DNA from: a bacterium
GTDB taxonomy: Bacteria > Electryoneota > JAOADG01
Assembly (NCBI GenBank): GCA_963681965.1
Contig: OY820579.1
Span: forward strand, 2,208,001 to 2,272,000
Direction: 5' to 3'
Length of the DNA: 64,000 nt
Positions within the stretch are counted from its first letter, which is position 1. The number at the start of each line of letters is the position of its first letter. Position numbers and translations under genes: made by a program. Positions 1-10,159 of this stretch are shown here, piece by piece. The notes under the pieces were generated by a model. It had not been told where the DNA came from and made no database searches. It saw only the letters and a list, made by a program, of their open reading frames with translations.

Positions 1-567
1 ATGACAGTCGACGAACATTTAAAAGCATCCGAAGAGAAGATGAACAAATCGGTGGAAGTGCTGAAGCACGAATTCGCCGGATTGCGTACCGGTAAAGCCG
101 CCGCAGCATTATTGGATCCGATCACCGTCGATGCCTATGGCACAGGGGCGTTCCTGCCGATTAAGCAGGTTGCCAATATCGCCACGCCCGACGCGCGCAC
201 GATCACAATCCAGCCATTCGACAAATCGACTACCGCCAAGATCGAAAAAGCGATTTTGAAGAGCGATCTCGGCATTACCCCGATGAACGACGGCAATGTG
301 ATCCGGCTGCAGATCCCGATGATGACCGAAGACCGGCGCAAGGATCTCGTCAAACACGCAAAGAAATTGACTGAGGACAATCGCGTCGCCATTCGCAATA
401 TCCGTCGCGACACCAACGAGCACATCAAGAAGATGGAAAAATCGCACGAAATCCGCGAAGACGAATCGGGTCGCGCGCAGGAGAAACTGCAAAAGCAGAC
501 CGATGCGCACATCAAGCTGGTCGACGATATGCTCGCGAAAAAAGAAAAAGAAATTATGGAAGTCTGA
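1..567 (+). CDS. frr: Ribosome recycling factor
   Basis: LRTGKA, IQPFDK, LGITPMNDG, RVAIRNIRRD, KEKEIMEV motifs; 188 aa. Confidence 0.97.
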   Translation: MTVDEHLKASEEKMNKSVEVLKHEFAGLRTGKAAAALLDPITVDAYGTGAFLPIKQVANIATPDARTITIQPFDKSTTAKIEKAILKSDLGITPMNDGNVIRLQIPMMTEDRRKDLVKHAKKLTEDNRVAIRNIRRDTNEHIKKMEKSHEIREDESGRAQEKLQKQTDAHIKLVDDMLAKKEKEIMEV

Positions 568-648
568 GTTTTTTTACTAGTTACGACAGACCTACCGGTC
601 TGATTGGTTAAATTATTTAGCTGAACGCAAGAACATCAAGGAGATGTC

Positions 649-837
649 ATGGCACACTTTATCAACGAAGATTGCATCAACTGCGGCGCATGCGAACCGG
701 AATGCCCGACCACTTCGATTTCTCAAGGCGATATCTACGTGATCGACGCGGCTACCTGCAACGACTGCAGCGACAAGCCCGAAGGTCCGCACTGCGTGTC
801 GGTTTGCCCGGTGGATTGCATCATTCACAAGGACTAA
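649..837 (+). CDS. 2[4Fe-4S] ferredoxin (YfhL/Alvin-like)
   Basis: CINCGACEPECP and CNDC-x8-CVSVCP motifs; AAGGAG RBS upstream. Confidence 0.9.
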   Translation: MAHFINEDCINCGACEPECPTTSISQGDIYVIDAATCNDCSDKPEGPHCVSVCPVDCIIHKD

Positions 838-878
838 TCGCCGTAGAATCGGATTCCGTGAATCCATTACCACTTTCA

Positions 879-904
879 AAGGCGGGGCAACGGTGTCCCG
901 CCTT
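879..904 (+). terminator. Hairpin after ferredoxin, possible terminator
   Basis: aaggcggggca/tgtcccgcctt stem; weak U tail. Confidence 0.45.
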
Positions 905-970
905 CTACAACATTACCGATCCCAATTTATTCATAGTATGAAGTAACTGGAAGGTCGACCGAAGAAACCC

Positions 971-3688
971 ATGCCACCCCGTACTCGCATCCCGGCTCGC
1001 GTCCGCTCCGCGCATCAGGAACGCCTCGTCAACGACGGCGAAGACGATGCCGCAAAAAAAGAGAAGAAGCGCGATTTCACGCCGGCAATGGGTCAGTACC
1101 GCGAAATAAAACGGCGCTATCCCGATGCCATCGTGTTTTTCCGGATGGGCGATTTTTACGAAATGTTCTACGAAGATGCGCGGGTGGCGCATCAGGTGCT
1201 CGGTCTGACGCTTACCAAACGCGGTCAGGACAAATACGGCGACATCCCGCTTGCCGGATTCCCGCATCATCAGTTGGACAATTACCTTGCGAAGATGACC
1301 ACTGCCGGTCACAAAGTCGCCGTAGTCGATCAAATGGAAGATCCCCGGCTCGCGAAAGGGGTCGTTAAGCGCGATGTTACGCAAGTCGTCACGGCTGGAA
1401 CCGTCGTGCTCGACAGTGTCCTCGACGATAAAAACACCCATTGGCTCGCAGCCATCGCCTTCAGCGAAACCGCTGCCGGAATCGCGCTGCTCGAATCTGC
1501 CAGCGGCGATTTCGTCTGCTACGACATTCCTCCCGAACGACTGCGCAGCGAATTGTCTGCGGTCGCTCCCGCCGAACTGCTCTATCCGAAAAATCGCAAA
1601 GAGCAATTGCAGCGCCTGTTCGATGTATTGCCCGGAACGGTGCTCACGGCATTGGATGAATGGTTGTTCGAGGAGCAATTCGGTCGCGATTTACTCTGTC
1701 AGCATTTCAAAACGCTGTCGCTCAAAGGCTTTGGTATCGACGAATTGCCCGACGCAGTAGCGGCTGCGGGTGCGGCGCTGCACTATCTCAAACTATCTCA
1801 GTTGGGTGTTGCCGAACAGATCACCGGCATCCATCGCGGTCATCCCGAACGGGTGATGTTGCTCGACCGCGCGACTATTCGACATTTGGAATTGATCGAA
1901 TCGTCGGAATCGGCACGGAATGCGCTCTCGCTATTCCAAGTCCTCGATCGCAATCACACCCCGATGGGGAGTCGATTACTCCGCCGGCGATTGCTCGGAC
2001 CGTTGCTGAATCACGAGGATATCGATCGCCGTCTCGATCAAGTTGATTTACTTATGCAGCCCGAATTATTGAAATCGGTGCAGGATAAACTTGATGGCGT
2101 CGGCGATTTACACCGCAGTGCGGGGAGGATGGCATCGGGACGCGGCAATCCGCGCGATGCCGGTGTCGTACGTCAAGCACTCTTGCGCATTCCCGAAGTA
2201 TTCGATGCCGTATCGCAACACGAAGCCTTTGCGGCATGCAATACATTGGATCGGTGCGATGCATTACGCGAGTTATTGGATCGCGCGCTCAATGAGCGAT
2301 TGCCACTCGGTCTGACTGAAGGCGGCGTCATTCGCACCGGTTTCGATGACGAATTGGATCGCTTGCGCGCGCTGTCGGGACAAGGTCGCGACGCACTCGC
2401 GAAATTCCAACTTGGCGAACGCGAACGCACCGGCATCCCGACATTGAGTGTCGCTTACAACCGGGTCTACGGATATTACATCGAAATTTCCAAAGCGGCT
2501 TCAGCGTATGCACCGGAGAATTATCAACGCATTCAATCGCTGGTCAATGCCGAACGCTACAAAACGCCAGAACTGCAGCAATTCGAAGATGAAGTGCTTC
2601 ACGCCGAAGACAAGGCGATCGATCGCGAAGCAAACTTGTTCGCCGAATTGCGCCAGCAGATCGGCAATCTTCATGCGAAATTGTTGGATCTCGGCGATGC
2701 GATTGCCGAGATCGATGTTGCTGCCGGTCTGGCGAGTGTCGCTTTGGAATACAATTACCACCGACCGGTAGTCGATCAATCGACAATCTTGCATTTAACC
2801 AATGCACGGCACCCGGTTTTGGAGCGGATGACCGATCGGTCACAGGAATTTGTTCCGAATGACATTGATCTGAATGATGAAATCCGGTTGCTGCTGGTGA
2901 CCGGTCCGAATATGGCAGGTAAGTCGACCTATCTGCGAACGGTCGGTCTGAATGTCCTGATGGCGCAATGTGGATCGTTTGTTCCTGCCGAATCGGCGCG
3001 AATCGGTATCGTCGACCGGTTGTTCACTCGAATTGGTGCCGCCGATCATCTTGCGCTAGGCGAATCGACCTTTATGGTGGAAATGACCGAGGCATCTTAC
3101 TTGGTGAACAATTCCACCTCCCGGAGTTTGATTCTTTTGGATGAAGTAGGACGAGGTACTTCGACTTTCGATGGATTGGCAATCGCCTGGGCAATGGTTG
3201 AACGATTGGCTACAAAGCCCGACCCGTCGCCCCGGACACTATTTGCCACGCATTATCATGAATTAACCGTGTTGGAAGAGCATTTCCCGGCGGTTCAGAA
3301 TTGGAATGTTTTGGTGAAGGAAGCAGGAGAAAATATCTTGTTCCTACGTAAAATAGTGAAAGGACCCTGCGACAAATCGTACGGTATCCACGTTGCCCGG
3401 ATGGCAGGAATGCCACCGGATGTGGTTCTGCGTGCGGAAGAAGTGCTGGAACTCCTGCAAAAAGGTGCACTTGCACCGGAATCTGCCGCCCGGTTGGCAC
3501 AGCAACGAAAAAAGCTGGTCGCGTCGTCACAGCTTTCACTATTCGATGTAAATGATGTAACATTAAGGAATGAACTGAAAGGAGTCGATCCTGATTCATT
3601 GACACCGCTTCAAGCATTGCAGCAGCTACATGATTGGAAACAGCGGTTTTCTCCCGGTCAAACCGATAGAAAACCGAATGATAAGTGA
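971..3688 (+). CDS. mutS: DNA mismatch repair protein MutS
   Basis: FFRMGDFYEMF, TGPNMAGKST, ESTFMVEM, LDEVGRGTST, FATHYHEL, SYGIHVA. Confidence 0.98.
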   Translation: MPPRTRIPARVRSAHQERLVNDGEDDAAKKEKKRDFTPAMGQYREIKRRYPDAIVFFRMGDFYEMFYEDARVAHQVLGLTLTKRGQDKYGDIPLAGFPHHQLDNYLAKMTTAGHKVAVVDQMEDPRLAKGVVKRDVTQVVTAGTVVLDSVLDDKNTHWLAAIAFSETAAGIALLESASGDFVCYDIPPERLRSELSAVAPAELLYPKNRKEQLQRLFDVLPGTVLTALDEWLFEEQFGRDLLCQHFKTLSLKGFGIDELPDAVAAAGAALHYLKLSQLGVAEQITGIHRGHPERVMLLDRATIRHLELIESSESARNALSLFQVLDRNHTPMGSRLLRRRLLGPLLNHEDIDRRLDQVDLLMQPELLKSVQDKLDGVGDLHRSAGRMASGRGNPRDAGVVRQALLRIPEVFDAVSQHEAFAACNTLDRCDALRELLDRALNERLPLGLTEGGVIRTGFDDELDRLRALSGQGRDALAKFQLGERERTGIPTLSVAYNRVYGYYIEISKAASAYAPENYQRIQSLVNAERYKTPELQQFEDEVLHAEDKAIDREANLFAELRQQIGNLHAKLLDLGDAIAEIDVAAGLASVALEYNYHRPVVDQSTILHLTNARHPVLERMTDRSQEFVPNDIDLNDEIRLLLVTGPNMAGKSTYLRTVGLNVLMAQCGSFVPAESARIGIVDRLFTRIGAADHLALGESTFMVEMTEASYLVNNSTSRSLILLDEVGRGTSTFDGLAIAWAMVERLATKPDPSPRTLFATHYHELTVLEEHFPAVQNWNVLVKEAGENILFLRKIVKGPCDKSYGIHVARMAGMPPDVVLRAEEVLELLQKGALAPESAARLAQQRKKLVASSQLSLFDVNDVTLRNELKGVDPDSLTPLQALQQLHDWKQRFSPGQTDRKPNDK

Positions 3689-4653
3689 CGAAGCGGAGGA
3701 ATCCGGTGATTCGAAAAATTGGTTTGCGTAAGCTTTTGGTCTTACTTTGCTGTGGGCTGATTGTCCTGACAGTCAGTGCTGCGGAACGCTACGCCGGTGA
3801 ATTTCTACTGGCGGTAGAATCTCCACGCGCGCGTGCGATGGGAGGAATCGGCGCCCTGTTACCGGGCGGCGGATTTGCTGTTGCGCGCAATCCGGCATGG
3901 CTGGCGGACATTCCGTCAGTCGATGTTTCGTTGTTGCATACCGACCGGTTTGCCGGAATCGTGCGCAACGATTTTGTCGGTGTCGCGTCGCCGGGAAAGA
4001 ACGGTGGTGTTGGTTTTGCGCTCTATCGTACGGGTGTGGAAAACATCCCGTATACCCGATTGATCGACCCGTCGTTGCCGCAATCCGGCGCGAACCGGGT
4101 TATTGTCGATCGTTACGAATCGGATCAGGAATGGGCTGGTTGGGTCGGAATCGGTCGCAAATTCAACGAGCAATGGCAATACGGAGCATCGCTTAAACCG
4201 ATTTGGAAACAATTGGGCGGAGGTACCGCCATCGGTTTCGGCTGTGATGCCGGCGTTGTTTATCGCCCGCTGAAGCAAGTGACGACTGCATTGGCGGTTT
4301 CGGATCTGGTCACGTCGCCCTTGCGCTGGAATACGTCGCGCTCCGAATTGATTAAACCACGGCTCCAAGCTGGTGCGACGTACGGTTTTTCCAACAAGCG
4401 GATGCATGCGGAGATCCTGCTCGCAGGTGCTGTCGAAGTCCGGAGTGACGAAGGGGGATCGAACCTCTTATCCGGGCATGGTGGTGTGGAATATGTCATT
4501 GATAAAGTAGTTGCCCTCCGTGGTGGCTACGACAAGGATCGACCGGTGTTCGGTGCCGGAATTAAAACCCACCGGGTCGATTTCGATTACGCCTATCGCG
4601 ATGAGCCATTAGGCGTAGTACACATGATCGGTGTGAATTACCGCATCGATTGA
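3685..4653 (+). CDS. PorV/UPF0164-family outer-membrane beta-barrel
   Basis: Signal peptide, YAGEFL...RARAMGG...NPA N-terminus, alternating beta pattern, aromatic residue near the C-terminus. Confidence 0.65.
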   Translation: MTKRRNPVIRKIGLRKLLVLLCCGLIVLTVSAAERYAGEFLLAVESPRARAMGGIGALLPGGGFAVARNPAWLADIPSVDVSLLHTDRFAGIVRNDFVGVASPGKNGGVGFALYRTGVENIPYTRLIDPSLPQSGANRVIVDRYESDQEWAGWVGIGRKFNEQWQYGASLKPIWKQLGGGTAIGFGCDAGVVYRPLKQVTTALAVSDLVTSPLRWNTSRSELIKPRLQAGATYGFSNKRMHAEILLAGAVEVRSDEGGSNLLSGHGGVEYVIDKVVALRGGYDKDRPVFGAGIKTHRVDFDYAYRDEPLGVVHMIGVNYRID

Positions 4654-4672
4654 ACGACTGAGATCGGAAAAT

Positions 4673-5551
4673 ATGATCGTTAGTATGACCGGGTATGGTC
4701 GCGGAGAAGCGAGTTCCAGTACCCGAAAAATCATTGTCGAATTACGCAGCATCAACAGCCGCTACTTGGAATTATCCCTGCGTATGCCTCCGGCACTGCA
4801 ACAATTCGAACTGGATGTTCGCGAAACCGTTCGGAAACGCATCAGTCGTGGCAAATTGGCGTTGAATGTTAGCGAGAGCGGCGCCGACGGTACGTTGATG
4901 CCCTTGGAATTGAATTCGGCAGCGGTGATCAATTTGGCGCAACAACTGCGAACAGTTGCCGGTGCCGCGGGTCTGGGGAATCCGACTCTGCGCGATGTGC
5001 TCTATTTTCACGACTGGCTCATGGCTGGCAACGATCCTGAACAGAATGAAGCGAATAAATCGATCTTGATTAAAGCCGTCGACAACGCTTTGACATCGCT
5101 CGAAACGATGCGTAACGACGAAGGAAAAGCGCTGGCTGCCGATTTCGAAGACAATCTTCGAAAAGTCGATGAAATCGTTACCGAGATCGAGTTGCTGGCA
5201 AAGGGCAATTCGGAAATTCAGCGCAAGAAATTGGAAACCCGCTTGACCGATGCCGGTCTATCGCCATCGCTGATCGATCCGATGCGCTTGACATCCGAAG
5301 TCGCATTGCTGGTCGATCGACAAGATATTTCCGAAGAGATCGTCCGGTTGCGAAGTCATGTCGAGCTGTTTCGGCAGAGCACCAGCGACAAAGGGGCTGC
5401 CGGAAAACGACTCAATTTCTTGACTCAGGAAATGCATCGCGAAGCGAATACGATCGCATCGAAATCGGCGCAAGTCGAACTGGTGCACCTGTCGGTGAAG
5501 TTGCGCGAGATTATCGAAATTCTGCGGGAGCAAGTGCAGAATGTCGAATAA
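4673..5551 (+). CDS. yicC: YicC/YloC family endoribonuclease
   Basis: SMTGYGRG, ELRSINSRY, DISEEIVRL, GKRLNFLTQEMHREANTIASK, REQVQNVE. Confidence 0.95.
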   Translation: MIVSMTGYGRGEASSSTRKIIVELRSINSRYLELSLRMPPALQQFELDVRETVRKRISRGKLALNVSESGADGTLMPLELNSAAVINLAQQLRTVAGAAGLGNPTLRDVLYFHDWLMAGNDPEQNEANKSILIKAVDNALTSLETMRNDEGKALAADFEDNLRKVDEIVTEIELLAKGNSEIQRKKLETRLTDAGLSPSLIDPMRLTSEVALLVDRQDISEEIVRLRSHVELFRQSTSDKGAAGKRLNFLTQEMHREANTIASKSAQVELVHLSVKLREIIEILREQVQNVE

Positions 5552-6119
5552 TGCAACGAAAGCGGTGATACTATCCTCTCCATCGGGGGGAGGAAAATCG
5601 ACCATCATCAATTTGCTATTGGCGGCTCGACCCAATTTTCGCCATTCGGTATCGGCAACGACGCGCGATCCGCGACCGCAAGAAGTCGATGGTCGCGAGT
5701 ATTCGTTTATCACCAAAGAAGCGTTTCAGGATTTGATTACCCGTCAGGCATTGGCAGAATGGGCTCTTGTACACAAAGAATGGTACGGTACACCCATCGG
5801 ACAACTGGCGCAATTGCAACAACAAGGGTTCGATATTCTCTTCGATCTCGATGTCGTTGGTACCGCAACCATGAAAAAACGCTGGTCGTCGATTCTAACA
5901 ATTTATTTATTGCCACCGTCGCGTGAAGAGTTGGAAAATCGTTTGCGATTGCGCAAATCGGAAACTGAGGCACATATCCAGTACCGTTTGCAACGCTTCG
6001 ATATGGAACAGAAAGCGGCTGCGCGTTACGATTTTCGGATCATCAACGATAAACTGGACGATACTGTTGCCGAAGTAACGCGCTGTATCGATGACTGGCA
6101 ATCGCTTACGGAATTTTAA
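5541..6119 (+). CDS. gmk: Guanylate kinase
   Basis: SSPSGGGKST, SATTRDPRPQEVDGREY, EWALVH-YGT. Confidence 0.95.
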   Translation: MSNNATKAVILSSPSGGGKSTIINLLLAARPNFRHSVSATTRDPRPQEVDGREYSFITKEAFQDLITRQALAEWALVHKEWYGTPIGQLAQLQQQGFDILFDLDVVGTATMKKRWSSILTIYLLPPSREELENRLRLRKSETEAHIQYRLQRFDMEQKAAARYDFRIINDKLDDTVAEVTRCIDDWQSLTEF

Positions 6120-6177
6120 TTTTTTTAATGAGACCGCTGCATGAAGCAGCAATCCAATTTGTAAGGAAATCCACCCA

Positions 6178-6576
6178 ATGGATGAACGTCTGTTGTATTC
6201 TCAGGAAGAGTTGTTGGCACGTTTCGATTCACTCTATGAAGCGATTATGGTATTATCGATTCGCGCCCGGCAAATCGGCAACAATCAGCTCGAAGCAATC
6301 ACTGCGTTGCAGAAGCAATATGCTACCGTCGATGTTTCGCGCGAAAATCTGGTCGACGACGAATTCGATTTGTCGGAACCACGTGACCCGATCGAGTTAC
6401 CTAAGTTTATGAAGCCGACCGTTGCCGCAATTCGCGAAGCGATGGAGAATAGAATCGAGTGGAGCTATGTCGAACTGAAGACGGAAGAAGAAGTGTATCC
6501 TTCTTTCACTGTTTCCGAAGAGGAAATCGGCAAAGCGACCCGGGCAAAAGTCGAACGAAAGCGTGCCGCCGAGTAA
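6178..6576 (+). CDS. rpoZ: RNA polymerase omega subunit (FCB-type, extended)
   Basis: SLYEAIMVLSIRARQI and KPTVAAIRE motifs; lies between gmk and coaBC. Confidence 0.8.
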   Translation: MDERLLYSQEELLARFDSLYEAIMVLSIRARQIGNNQLEAITALQKQYATVDVSRENLVDDEFDLSEPRDPIELPKFMKPTVAAIREAMENRIEWSYVELKTEEEVYPSFTVSEEEIGKATRAKVERKRAAE

Positions 6577-6588
6577 CACGATCCGATC

Positions 6589-7809
6589 ATGACGACGCTT
6601 AACGGAAAACGAATTCTGGTTGGCATTACCGGCGGAATCGCAGTCTACAAGACTTGCGAGCTGATCCGATTATTGGTTAAAGCCGGTGCCGAAGTTCGCG
6701 TCGTCGCTACCGCGAATGCGATGGAATTCATCACTCGCGTTACACTCGAAACGCTCTCGCGCAATACTCTCGAATTATCTTCGTTTCCGAATGATGGCAA
6801 AGCCGATCCTCGACATATCACCCTCGCACGCTGGGCGGATTTATTCGTCGTCGCTCCGGCATCGGCAAATCTGCTGGCGAAATATCGCTGCGGTATCGCC
6901 GATGATCTGCTGACCACGTCGCTAATGGCATACACTGGTAAAGTGCTCATCGCTCCGGCGATGAATACTGCGATGTGGGAACAACCGGCTACTCAGGAAA
7001 ATGTGTCGGTTCTGAAACAGCGCGGTGTCGGTTTCGTCGGTCCCGAATTCGGATTTATGGCGGCGGCAAACGAGCAGATCGGTGCCGGTCGAATGACAGA
7101 ACCGGGCGATCTGTTTGTTTCGATTAACCGTTCGCTATATGCCGATACGAGTTTACACGATGTACCGGTCTTGATTGTTGCCGGTCCGACCAGCGAACCG
7201 ATCGATGCGGTACGCTACATCTCGAATCGCTCCACCGGAACTTTGGGAATTCTCCTTGCCGAATGCTTTACTCGAACCGGTGCGAAAGTAAAATTGTTGC
7301 TCGGCGATACCCCCCTGCAGGCACCCTACGGCATCGATTGCGAACGCTTCGATACCGTCGCTTCACTTGATTCAAAGCTCAAAGAACACCTTGCCAATCA
7401 TCGCGTGTGGGTCATGGCGGCTGCCGTATCGGATCGCAAACCGGTAGCGGGATCGAGTACCAGAAAAATCAAGAAGACCTATTTGGGCGATGCGCTTCCA
7501 TGGGAACCGACGCCGGATCTGCTGGCGCGGTACGCCGTGAGCAAGACCAATGCGCAATATGTTGTCGGGTTCGCACTCGAAGACAGTTGGGTCGTCGAAG
7601 AAGCGCAGCGCAAATTGTCGCAAAAGCATGTCGATCTATTGGTCTGGAACAACCCGTTGACGTCTCAAACCGGATTTGGTTCTGCCAATCTGGAAGCGCG
7701 TTTAATCGAGCTACACCAAATTCAAGATCTCGGTATCGTTTCGCGTACCGAATTAGCCGATAAAATTGTTGCAACGACGATTGATCGGTTTCGAGGAAGA
7801 GGAATGTAA
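6589..7809 (+). CDS. coaBC: Bifunctional phosphopantothenoylcysteine decarboxylase/synthetase
   Basis: GITGGIAVYK, HITLARWAD, PAMN, AGPTSEPIDAVRYISNRSTG, MAAAVSD, VGFALE. Confidence 0.95.
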   Translation: MTTLNGKRILVGITGGIAVYKTCELIRLLVKAGAEVRVVATANAMEFITRVTLETLSRNTLELSSFPNDGKADPRHITLARWADLFVVAPASANLLAKYRCGIADDLLTTSLMAYTGKVLIAPAMNTAMWEQPATQENVSVLKQRGVGFVGPEFGFMAAANEQIGAGRMTEPGDLFVSINRSLYADTSLHDVPVLIVAGPTSEPIDAVRYISNRSTGTLGILLAECFTRTGAKVKLLLGDTPLQAPYGIDCERFDTVASLDSKLKEHLANHRVWVMAAAVSDRKPVAGSSTRKIKKTYLGDALPWEPTPDLLARYAVSKTNAQYVVGFALEDSWVVEEAQRKLSQKHVDLLVWNNPLTSQTGFGSANLEARLIELHQIQDLGIVSRTELADKIVATTIDRFRGRGM

Positions 7810-7812
7810 TCC

Positions 7813-8625
7813 ATGGAAGAGTTGAAAAGGTTCCTGCGTCAGCGCATCGAACTGGATGAAATGTGGATTCTTCCGACGCCCCTCTCGCAGGGGCGTTGCT
7901 CACCCGAACCAACTACTGTGGAACCCGTGAAAAGAACACCGAAAACAGCACAATCTTCCCCGGCTGCTATACCGGCAGAGCAAACCGAACTCGTTGTCTA
8001 TAGCTCCGACGAAGCGAAATATTGCGAACTGAATCAATACACCACGCTGGACGAATTGCAGTCGGGTATCTGCGATTGTATGCGCTGTCCATTGGGACGC
8101 ACCCGAAATAAATTCGTATTCGGTATCGGATCGCAAACCACCGATCTGATGTTCATTGGCGAAGCGCCCGGTGCCGACGAAGACATGCAGGGCTTCCCGT
8201 TCGTCGGACGCGCCGGTCAGTTGCTGACCGAGATGATGACCGAAGCCGGTATCGTACGTGACGACGTCTATATCTGCAATGTGTTGAAATGTCGACCGCC
8301 GAATAATCGCGATCCCGAACCACAGGAAGTTTCCGTTTGCGAAGGGTATCTCCATCGGCAAATCGAATTAATCCAACCGAAATTGCTGGTCGCGCTGGGA
8401 CGGATCGCCGCGCAGACATTGCTTCGAAAGCCTAATGTGGCAATGGGAGTGCTGAAGACGCAGGAACATTCTTATCGGGGTGTACCGTTGATGGTGGTCT
8501 ATCACCCGGCTTACACGATCCGAAATATTCCGAAATTGAAACCGGAAGCAATTGCCGATTTAATTCTTGTACGCGATCGCTTGATCGAATTGGGTGGTGT
8601 ACGCGGTATTGCAGTGAGTGAATAA
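7813..8625 (+). CDS. Uracil-DNA glycosylase family 4 (4Fe-4S)
   Basis: [42 protein letters not shown]. Confidence 0.93.
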   Translation: MEELKRFLRQRIELDEMWILPTPLSQGRCSPEPTTVEPVKRTPKTAQSSPAAIPAEQTELVVYSSDEAKYCELNQYTTLDELQSGICDCMRCPLGRTRNKFVFGIGSQTTDLMFIGEAPGADEDMQGFPFVGRAGQLLTEMMTEAGIVRDDVYICNVLKCRPPNNRDPEPQEVSVCEGYLHRQIELIQPKLLVALGRIAAQTLLRKPNVAMGVLKTQEHSYRGVPLMVVYHPAYTIRNIPKLKPEAIADLILVRDRLIELGGVRGIAVSE

Positions 8626-10144
8626 CAATATGGCTACGCGAAAACGACAAACAAACGACGTTCCCTTTTTAGCAGTCGAACCGGAATCGCCGACCAGTAC
8701 CTACGAACTGGAGCGGTACGTCCTCGGCACAATTCTGAACGATCCCAGCCAAGTCAACGTAGTTGCCGAAATCATTACTCCCGATAAATTCTCCTCTTCT
8801 TCGCATTCCCAGATATTCGAAACGATCATGAAGATGGACGACAAGCATCTTCCGATCGATATCGTTCCAGTCATCGAGGAGTTGCGGAATCAACAGATTC
8901 TCGAAGGTGTCGGTGGCATTTCCTATTTGAGTTCGCTCGTTGACAAAACGATCTACCCCGGTAATTTACCGGCGTACTGCAAGATGATTCAGAATAAATG
9001 GATTCTCCGCGAACTGAATCGTCTCGCTGGCGAAGTACAAGCCGAAATTCAGCAACCCGGCATCGAAGCCGAAGAACTACTCAACGATTATACCGGACGC
9101 ATCTTCGAATTATCTCGCGGAAATCGGCAAGGTGGCTTTCGCGTCTTGCGCGATCTCCTCAACCCGGCGCACGAAAAACTAGCGGAATTTCGCAAGCGGC
9201 ACGGAAATCTGGTCGGTATCGGCACCGGTTTCCACTACCTCGATGAAATGACCGGTGGTTTTCAAAACAGCGAATTAATCATTTTGGCAGCTCGCCCGTC
9301 GGTAGGTAAAACCTCGCTTGCACTGGACTTTGCCCTGACAGCCGCCCGCGATTATGGTAAGAAAGTCGGCTTCATCAGCTTGGAAATGGCGTGGGATCAA
9401 ATTGTTTTGCGTCTCTTAGCGACCCAATCGAAACTCGAATTGCACAAACTTCGGTCCGGTCGAATCAATGACGAAGAATACGATGTATTGCGCACTGCGA
9501 CCGAACCACTCTATCCGATTCCGTTTTACATCGACGATGGCAGCAACCAATCGTTGAACGAGATCCGCGCCAAAGTCCGCCGCATGAAAAAAGAGAAGGG
9601 TCTCGACATCGTTTTTCTCGATTACCTCGGATTGATGCAACAACCATCGAATACCGAATCGGTACAAGTAGCGATTTCCGGATTTACCCGAGGTTTAAAA
9701 GCACTCGCCAAAGAGCTGCAAATTCCCATCGTGGTTCTGGCACAGCTTTCGCGTGCCGCTGTCGATAACGACAAATCCGATAAACGACCGAAACTGCACC
9801 ATTTACGCGACTCCGGTTCGATCGAACAGGATGCCGACGTCGTGATCATGTTGTACCGCGAATTCTACGATAAAGGAAAATCGCGCGAAGAGATGACCGA
9901 GGAAGAGAAAGCGAAAGAATACGAAGCCGAAATCATTATCGCCAAGCAACGAAATGGTCCGGTCGGAACAGTGAAAGTAATTTTCAAAAAAGAATATGCC
10001 AGTTTCGAAGAAGCGGATCGCGCCTTTGCAATTCCGGATGCACCACCCCCTTCGGGTAGACATATTGTTCAGCGCACTGGATCGAAACCGCAACCGACAG
10101 CTCAGGTTCCGCAACCGGAATCGGAAGAAGATAAACCGTTTTAA
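8618..10144 (+). CDS. dnaB: Replicative DNA helicase
   Basis: AARPSVGKT, SLEM, DYLGLM, AQLSR, LRDSGSIEQDAD, KQRNGP. Confidence 0.97.
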   Translation: MNNNMATRKRQTNDVPFLAVEPESPTSTYELERYVLGTILNDPSQVNVVAEIITPDKFSSSSHSQIFETIMKMDDKHLPIDIVPVIEELRNQQILEGVGGISYLSSLVDKTIYPGNLPAYCKMIQNKWILRELNRLAGEVQAEIQQPGIEAEELLNDYTGRIFELSRGNRQGGFRVLRDLLNPAHEKLAEFRKRHGNLVGIGTGFHYLDEMTGGFQNSELIILAARPSVGKTSLALDFALTAARDYGKKVGFISLEMAWDQIVLRLLATQSKLELHKLRSGRINDEEYDVLRTATEPLYPIPFYIDDGSNQSLNEIRAKVRRMKKEKGLDIVFLDYLGLMQQPSNTESVQVAISGFTRGLKALAKELQIPIVVLAQLSRAAVDNDKSDKRPKLHHLRDSGSIEQDADVVIMLYREFYDKGKSREEMTEEEKAKEYEAEIIIAKQRNGPVGTVKVIFKKEYASFEEADRAFAIPDAPPPSGRHIVQRTGSKPQPTAQVPQPESEEDKPF

Positions 10145-10159
10145 TCGGATAGGATCGAG

